64,000 nt of DNA from Eukaryota sp. TZLM1-RC (taxonomy: Eukaryota; Protista; Metamonada: BaSk clade), in the NCBI GenBank assembly GCA_040285825.1, contig JAUPSS010000009.1, positions 62,001 through 126,000 on the forward strand, written 5' to 3'. Below, piece after piece: positions 59,001 to 64,000 of the stretch. The notes beneath the pieces are model-generated. The model did no database searches, was not told where the DNA came from, and saw nothing but the letters and a program-made list of their open reading frames with translations. Position 1 is the first letter of the stretch. Every line of letters begins with the position of its first letter. The position numbers were made by a program, and so were the translations under genes.

Positions 59001-59594
59001 TCTCCTGCTGTAGTTCTGATTAAGAGATCCTCTGGAATCACTTTGAGGTTCCTCACTTGAGCTGATGTCAGAAGTAGGTGAGGAGGGAGTTTTACGTGAG
59101 GAGCTAGTCGTAGACTGATGCTCGCCTTCGCCTCCTTCACCTTCTGTACAAGCGTCAGATTTATTACTTACAACAAACGCTTTGAATCTCCGTTGCTCGC
59201 TCGGAGTGAGAAAACTCTTCCTACAAGGAAGGAGCTCCGAGGAGTTATTGGGATATGTGTACAGTTCTGTCACATCCACAACGTGGTTACCTCTCTCCTT
59301 ATTAGGGAGGTGACTTCCTTTCTGGGAGGAAGGGCTCTCCTCAGTGTGAAGTTCACTCTCCTTATTGGGGAGGTGGCTTTCTTTCTGAGAGGCAAGGCTC
59401 TTCTTAGCGGAAAGCTCACTCTCCTTAGGAGGATTACTCTTCCCGAAGGAAGGATTACTCTCCGTAGGTGGAGGATTACTCACCGTGGGTGGTGGATTGT
59501 TCTCCTTCAAAGAAGGGACATTACTCTTCCTCAGAGAGGAAGGAGGGTTATCATTGTGGCTTTTCAGGCCATTAATTAATGATGCTTTATCCAT
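56094..59594 (-). CDS. Gag + aspartic protease
   Basis: Long S/P-rich N-terminus with internal repeats, CX2CX4NX4C knuckle, retropepsin motifs IDNGA..SANG..LIGRDFL. First ATG (MDKAS) at 59594, inside the LTR. Confidence 0.85.
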   Translation of the reverse strand: MDKASLINGLKSHNDNPPSSLRKSNVPSLKENNPPPTVSNPPPTESNPSFGKSNPPKESELSAKKSLASQKESHLPNKESELHTEESPSSQKGSHLPNKERGNHVVDVTELYTYPNNSSELLPCRKSFLTPSEQRRFKAFVVSNKSDACTEGEGGEGEHQSTTSSSRKTPSSPTSDISSSEEPQSDSRGSLNQNYSRRGDESVDEPPHTPNPPNPTPSFPSTERTSQGLYRRKLAKAVEAVTRDFLLDLIANPPEDVMDWSDDELLKIAENESERLAGDVDPAECEKVRRDYLAKRWPFLFGEAHGKTLDDVVYESYDQSPNPLKRLDDLTDSAVSCGMSAVEDCYFSAPRSKYQAATPRPAKWHRDAIDDHKIYFSGNQEAYDRLFWIAKMYPHNQQGRNLRGVVRHFLVENVHPKDSIADIFIMLGGRFDESRGDTLQFHTKESYIREIGTRVIELKEQRVGPNKLKLVYPDAWMAKLKAWVDSWPDQNVFENVLIKSSCLPYDHKLAGVPRGSKDAPDWVDLRPPAQTVPVQEEPPKTRFIIKLGETLPSEERNMNLFSTPSVGPLASRRASCEATPTQASVIKSSIPTQPLGTNAPRDSLVDTLGLYRTPVTDEEKLRKRIDDKLRCLVKLNEAFDAKKIFDFVLNFGNWAKTVRDRDGPTRAFTPITKYGQPVHQYDFVRSMFFEVDPLYLRFMIEGKVIAEWQSFYGGRTNVLGNNPSDAEIWEYLLLSTQYKYPTDVEKALMSVRPPEISRKMTAESSWTAFMEQIIYIIRRSTIMPGTDGNPSVVYPAKRFLETINDKTNNQLMDTYIIWIGKFDSSNEKLGDAIYDLGNAFVNKVNSLESSIKDMNLIRTAFGAHAPAQKGRSQSKGPFENPRVSSRPIPSEQWCNLCKTNKNPEEKCFKLVGRPGSKKRQGGERRDRKRKSSSNKSDDYTSFNNNLTNNSIKSIYKMSKTDSNYNHLNPLKRFRESSNPVGSIHSVRLSRVAEDQKSSNRELWLTCTINNVEIQGEIDNGAAFSALSMDLASKCNMTVNDNKTVEYLSANGIRSTTLGCASGVLALNVGSLATQVFLRIEFQIIPGTNNFLIGRDFLQTLGLRTEHGFNINLDREHRTILNAECEFDNRICQPIRFIEQLSNKSDLGNDFGHSTFRHELDELGCRI

Positions 59595-59715
59595 ATATGA
59601 TAACAAAGAATAAGGAATAATTTATTAGAATTTCACCGGCCCTTATAAAGGCCATCACTAGTGAACTATGTTATATAAATATAAATGTATTAGACTAATT
59701 GTCCACAGTACAACA
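59580..59715 (-). repeat. 5' LTR
   Basis: Direct repeat of 52809-52944. Confidence 0.95.
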
Positions 59716-59859
59716 CAGGGGGATTTCAAGGGGGATTAAGACCAGGTGGATTCATATTATTAAACCTAACAGACCACCACAGGAATATGAATTTCTACAA
59801 GATGCATTTCTTTCTATAATCAAAAGACTATAAGTAGACACATGCATTTTTTTGAATTA

Positions 59860-60020
59860 TTTCTCAAAACGAGTTCAAGAAAAAACAATGAAGAGATTTG
59901 ATATGTTCTAATGGCGCCCACGAATTCAATTCGCAATTATTAATAGTTTACCTTGGTTCTTTCATCGAATATGAGAAGCAGTTGCAGGATGACAAGCAGA
60001 TCAGAATTTTGTAGAGGATC
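59860..60020 (+). mobile_element. Old CRE family B 3' fragment
   Basis: aaaaacaatgaagagatttgat..gaattcaattcgcaattattaatag aligns to 3655-3790. Confidence 0.65.
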
Positions 60021-60292
60021 AATTCTGTGAGAAGAATCTAATAAAGTAGTGTGTAATAGAAATTAAACCTGCATAAATCTACGTTTAATCCTACAAACCA
60101 ACTGTTCTGTACACTGAACTGAGCTTCAACGTTGCTCTGTCATGTGGATGTCAAATTTAAAAGTTTAAGCATGTTATGAATCCAGGGGTTGAATTATTTT
60201 TGCTTTCACATCACGTCATGAACGTCTCTATTTCCTTCTCTATTTCAAAGAAGATCCAATTGTTATCATTACATTAGCTTCATTGATTCAGA

Positions 60293-62404
60293 ATGTCCAC
60301 AATGCTATTCAAGCTCTTAGTCTTTATTCTATGTTTATTTGCTGTCTGTGCTAACCCTCACTACATGAGATTGTTTAAGGGGGCGACTCTCATTTACACC
60401 GTCAACATTGAGGTTGCTCTCGATTCTACTTCAGCGACAGGCAAAAAAGGTAACTTCAAAGGTAATCTCCATCTCCATGTCGAACGTCATAGTGGGTCCT
60501 CAGAGAACGCAGTTTTCTTCATGAATGCACGTGTCTGGATCGATGATCCTGAAACTGTTAAGCACGTGGGCTCTCCCTTCACTTTTTGTTGGCGGGCTAC
60601 AGGAGAGATTTCTCAGATCGTTTTTGACGCAAAGGAAGCAACCAATCACAAACATATCAAATTAGCTATTCTTAATGCCCTGGGAACGAAGCTCCTACCC
60701 AACAATCAAGCCATTCGTGTCGAAGAAGCGTCCACTTTGGGCCACCATTACTCCAACTATAAGGGTTCCAGTCGTAGTTTCAACCATCATGATGTTATTT
60801 CATTTACGGATTCAACTCTTGATCCTGCCTTCGTGACATTGGTTGGTCAGGGTTCGTCCTTTTTGTCATCCGCAAACTCGATTTCCAACTCCAGGTTCAA
60901 TATTGAGGTTCACTGGAGACCTGCACGTGTTTCTGGTATGTTAGGGGATGGAGATGACGCTGTAATGAGATCCACTGGTAAAGTACTGCTACAGCTGCAT
61001 AGACAACGAGCTAGCGACCATACCATCATTTATGAAGATGCAACTGCGTTGGAAGGGTTCACCGGTCAAAATTGTGATGATTCCTTACTGTTTGAGCTTA
61101 CCGTACCCACACTAGAGAATTCCATCACTCATCCAGACCTCTTCCATGCTGCTTCTGCTTACCTACATGTTCCTGAAGACGACATTGATGCTGTTGAAGT
61201 TGCTGCTCCTTTGGAACTGATCTCCTCCTTAGTTGAAGCGTCTCACGATCTCAACATCGATAAGCTCCAGAGAGTAGCTAGAAGTGCCAGAGATTCTTAT
61301 CTGCACTACCCTTCTGTCTTTGATGATATTGCTGATCTCGCTGACCCTTCTAATATCCAACTCACCCAAGCTGTGTGTTTCGTCCTTTCTGCTGAAGTCC
61401 ATGGTAGTTCCGCTCTTATTAGGTTATTGCATTCAAACTCCCAAGCCGTGTCGTTTCTGTGTTCCAAGTCTGCGATCTTTGCAACATCCTCCGTTGTACA
61501 GAATGCTTTGACCCATCGTGCATTGCTTCCTGACTATGTTGGTTTGTCTCTCCGCAAGTCTATATCTCATCTCTATGTACCATCGCTATCAAAGGCGCTT
61601 AATTTCAACAAGGAATGGCAATACGTCAAGGGAATTGGTGGTACTTTGGCTGGATTCCATATGGGAATTTACACAGGAGTTGGATCTAATCTTGATTGTA
61701 AGAACCCCAATCCAACCTTTGACTACAAAGCTTATGCTAGAGCTGATGTTGATGTCTCTTTGTTTGGTAGGTCCAAACATGCTCTTGTCGCCATTGCCGA
61801 ATATGGAAAGGTGTCTGGTGTTCCTCTTGCTAATCAGCTTCATTTGGAAGTTTTTGGTCAACGCATCTATCATCGAGATTTTCCTGCTGCCCAGATTGAT
61901 TGTTCTGACCACAAAATTCCTATTGCCCATTTGGCTAAGGGTGGTGGATTCAAACATACTGTTTATATTATCGTTCCTGTTACAATTGAGGCAGGGATTA
62001 ATTTTAAACTCAATTTAGATTGGCATTGGTCAATTTGTGATTCTACTCTCGCAGCAATTATCAAGACCGTGCCAACTGCTGAACTTTCCTTCTATGGTGA
62101 AGCTTCTGTCAGACTCTTCATTGTTAAGGCTGGGGCTAGGTTAAGTGCCGGCTTTGATTTCTCACTCATTCCAGAGGCTTTCATTCATGGCACAGAATGC
62201 AGGGCCGGATTCAATGTCAAAACTATGCATAACCCTCTTTTCATTGATCTCAATATCTTTTTGTTCCATAGACATTGTACAGCACATTTTTCCAAGTTAA
62301 AGGTCAAATGTAGATGGAAGGAGGCTGCTAAAAAGTCACTGTTTCATTGGAGTTTACCTGCTAAGGAACATTTAGTTCATGAGCAAAGCTGGAAAATTCA
62401 ATAA
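60293..62404 (+). CDS. Secreted 703-aa protein with a vitellogenin/large-lipid-transfer-like N-terminal domain (tentative)
   Basis: Signal peptide; PF.F.....GEI..I.F...E......K.AIL.AL....EE....G....Y pattern; helical middle; Cys-containing beta-rich C-terminus. Confidence 0.6.
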   Translation: MSTMLFKLLVFILCLFAVCANPHYMRLFKGATLIYTVNIEVALDSTSATGKKGNFKGNLHLHVERHSGSSENAVFFMNARVWIDDPETVKHVGSPFTFCWRATGEISQIVFDAKEATNHKHIKLAILNALGTKLLPNNQAIRVEEASTLGHHYSNYKGSSRSFNHHDVISFTDSTLDPAFVTLVGQGSSFLSSANSISNSRFNIEVHWRPARVSGMLGDGDDAVMRSTGKVLLQLHRQRASDHTIIYEDATALEGFTGQNCDDSLLFELTVPTLENSITHPDLFHAASAYLHVPEDDIDAVEVAAPLELISSLVEASHDLNIDKLQRVARSARDSYLHYPSVFDDIADLADPSNIQLTQAVCFVLSAEVHGSSALIRLLHSNSQAVSFLCSKSAIFATSSVVQNALTHRALLPDYVGLSLRKSISHLYVPSLSKALNFNKEWQYVKGIGGTLAGFHMGIYTGVGSNLDCKNPNPTFDYKAYARADVDVSLFGRSKHALVAIAEYGKVSGVPLANQLHLEVFGQRIYHRDFPAAQIDCSDHKIPIAHLAKGGGFKHTVYIIVPVTIEAGINFKLNLDWHWSICDSTLAAIIKTVPTAELSFYGEASVRLFIVKAGARLSAGFDFSLIPEAFIHGTECRAGFNVKTMHNPLFIDLNIFLFHRHCTAHFSKLKVKCRWKEAAKKSLFHWSLPAKEHLVHEQSWKIQ

Positions 62405-63489
62405 TTAGACTTTCATGTCCATAAATACTGTTTATATGTTTATATTGTATTGTTGACATGGTTAAGCAACACATGGTATGGTAATTGTTGATCCAATCGA
62501 ATGTTATATTGACAAAACTAACTAGATAGAAAGATGAATCATGGTGGCAAAATTTATAGAACATATGCTTATCAGTAATACAACAAACCCTCTACAACTG
62601 CAACCTCTTTTCCCTCCTCGTTTGCAACAATGTCAAAACATTTTTCTATTACTTTTTGGTTCCAGCTATGTTAGGAAATGAAGTGTTTGAACATCAGCAA
62701 ACAATATTCGATGAATTTCTCATCAAGAAAAACAGAAAGAAACAGATGAAGTTGTAAAACTTGATTGATTGGACCATACCTGGGATATACAAGTACATTA
62801 TCTTTTTTGTATTTTTGTATCTGTATCTTGTAACCTGGTACTGCTTTGAGTTTGATATCAATAATAAATAGATAATTAATAATAGTTTCTGATGTTGTAA
62901 GGTACATTTAAAGGGTCTGAATTAAATATTGTGGATAGATGAGTAAACAGTAGTTTAATCACTATACATTCGGTGTTTTTGCCAGGTTTGGAGTCGTGTT
63001 TTAGAATTTGAGTATAAATATAGTATATATAAATATAAATATAAATAGATAGTATATAAAGTGCCTCTTGTTTCTATCGATGATAGTTTGTTATTGTTAG
63101 CCTTGGATGGCTGTTGTTATAGTTTATGAGTTATTTGTATTATGTTACAGTTCATTCTATAATTGCGCTCTAACGCTTAAACTGAAGGAATTGCATTTAC
63201 CTTTCGAATAAATTTCATTACTTTTACCACTACTTTTTGGTATGAACTCTCACCACAGGTTATCATTAATGGCTGTTGACTTTGAAGGACCTTCTCTAGC
63301 TGCAAGGTCTATATCTGCAGTGGTTTCTTCTGGTCCCGACCCATTGCAGAGATTACTGTATTTGAGTAGTGCGAAAATCGAAATATCAACTACAGATTAA
63401 TTCAAATTTTCAACACTGCTCAAATCTATATTGGTTGATGTAAACATTCTATACAGAATAATTATAGGTGTATTCAGTATTAAGAAGTT

Positions 63490-64000
63490 AGAGACATTGT
63501 TTTCATTATGGCACAAACTGCAAGACTATCGTGTACCAAAGAGCCTCTGCTGAAGGAAACACTTTCTCTGAATAATTGTGGTTCTGATGATAGAGGTGAT
63601 GTATACTGTGATTGGATTGATAACTCTGAAGCTATTGTTGACTTTGTCTCATGTAATCTTACAAATGATACTTTGGTTCAAAGAAGAAAACTTAATCCTG
63701 TGAGTTCTCTTGATTTTAAAGCAAAAGAAAAACATAGAAAATATGATAAAGATATTGAAGAAGCTAATGCTAGTAGAAATACACAGCTAGTTTATATTGC
63801 TTTCCCATTTTCGATAAACGGAGGACTATCAGTAGAAGCAGAAACTTTTTTGAATGACTTCCAAAAAATGGTTCAAGAAAAAACAATGAAACAATTTGAT
63901 ATTTTTTTATGGCGTTCTTGGATTCAATTTGCCATTATTAATAGATTACCTCGGTTTTTCAATAGAATTAGAAAAGCTTTAGCTAGACATCAACCAGATC
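63490..64000 (+). mobile_element. CRE family B 5'-truncated fragment, runs off the window end
   Basis: Aligns to 3264-3780 (MAQTAR..KEPLL..RGDVY..IVDFV). Confidence 0.85.

Larger units (their letters stand above)
52809..59715 (-). mobile_element. Near-complete Ty3/Gypsy LTR retrotransposon (6907 bp), 136-bp LTRs, 4-bp TSD CAGG
   Basis: LTRs at 59580-59715 and 52809-52944 (TG..CA, 2 mismatches). CAGG at 52805-52808 and 59716-59719. Domain order Gag-PR-RT-RH-IN. Confidence 0.95.

Noticed and set aside
15492-62018. Numerous short antisense or overlapping ORFs inside SPT5, SIN3, gag-pol and the 60293 gene
   Set aside because: Shadow ORFs of real coding sequence, many with non-ATG starts.
15452-62404. 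Alternative genetic code (UGA reassigned)
   Set aside because: Long conserved genes translate without internal stops in the standard code and use TGG for Trp.
1-64000. tRNA, rRNA or snRNA genes
   Set aside because: None recognised by eye. A covariance-model scan (tRNAscan-SE, Infernal/Rfam) would be needed to exclude them.

Overview
AT-rich, gene-dense eukaryotic (protist-like) DNA. Its tiny GT-AG introns are reminiscent of metamonads, which is an inference. The first ~11.1 kb looks like a chromosome end: six polarised, G-free (TATTA)n tracts, mostly ~400 bp, alternate with 5'-truncated CRE-clade (RT + CCHC + restriction-like endonuclease) non-LTR retrotransposons of two families. Four of the five elements point their 3' ends inward, as expected for retrotransposition onto chromosome ends followed by re-capping with repeats. 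The rest holds about 13 host genes: SPT5, RPB3, SIN3, Pol5/MYBBP1A-like, Svp26/TEX261-like, an ankyrin-DHHC palmitoyltransferase, LPCAT-like, two metallophosphoesterases, a C2HC zinc-finger protein, a secreted lipid-transfer-like protein and two hypotheticals. Interspersed with them are many dispersed or nested CRE fragments with TSDs, two decayed Fanzor1-like (TnpB-family) genes, a near-complete very compact Ty3/Gypsy element plus relics, a 1.57-kb non-autonomous LTR element and a TIR MITE. Both LTR elements have a conserved palindromic fold-back where the tRNA primer-binding site normally sits. All calls were made by eye from motifs and internal alignments; no database searches were run.
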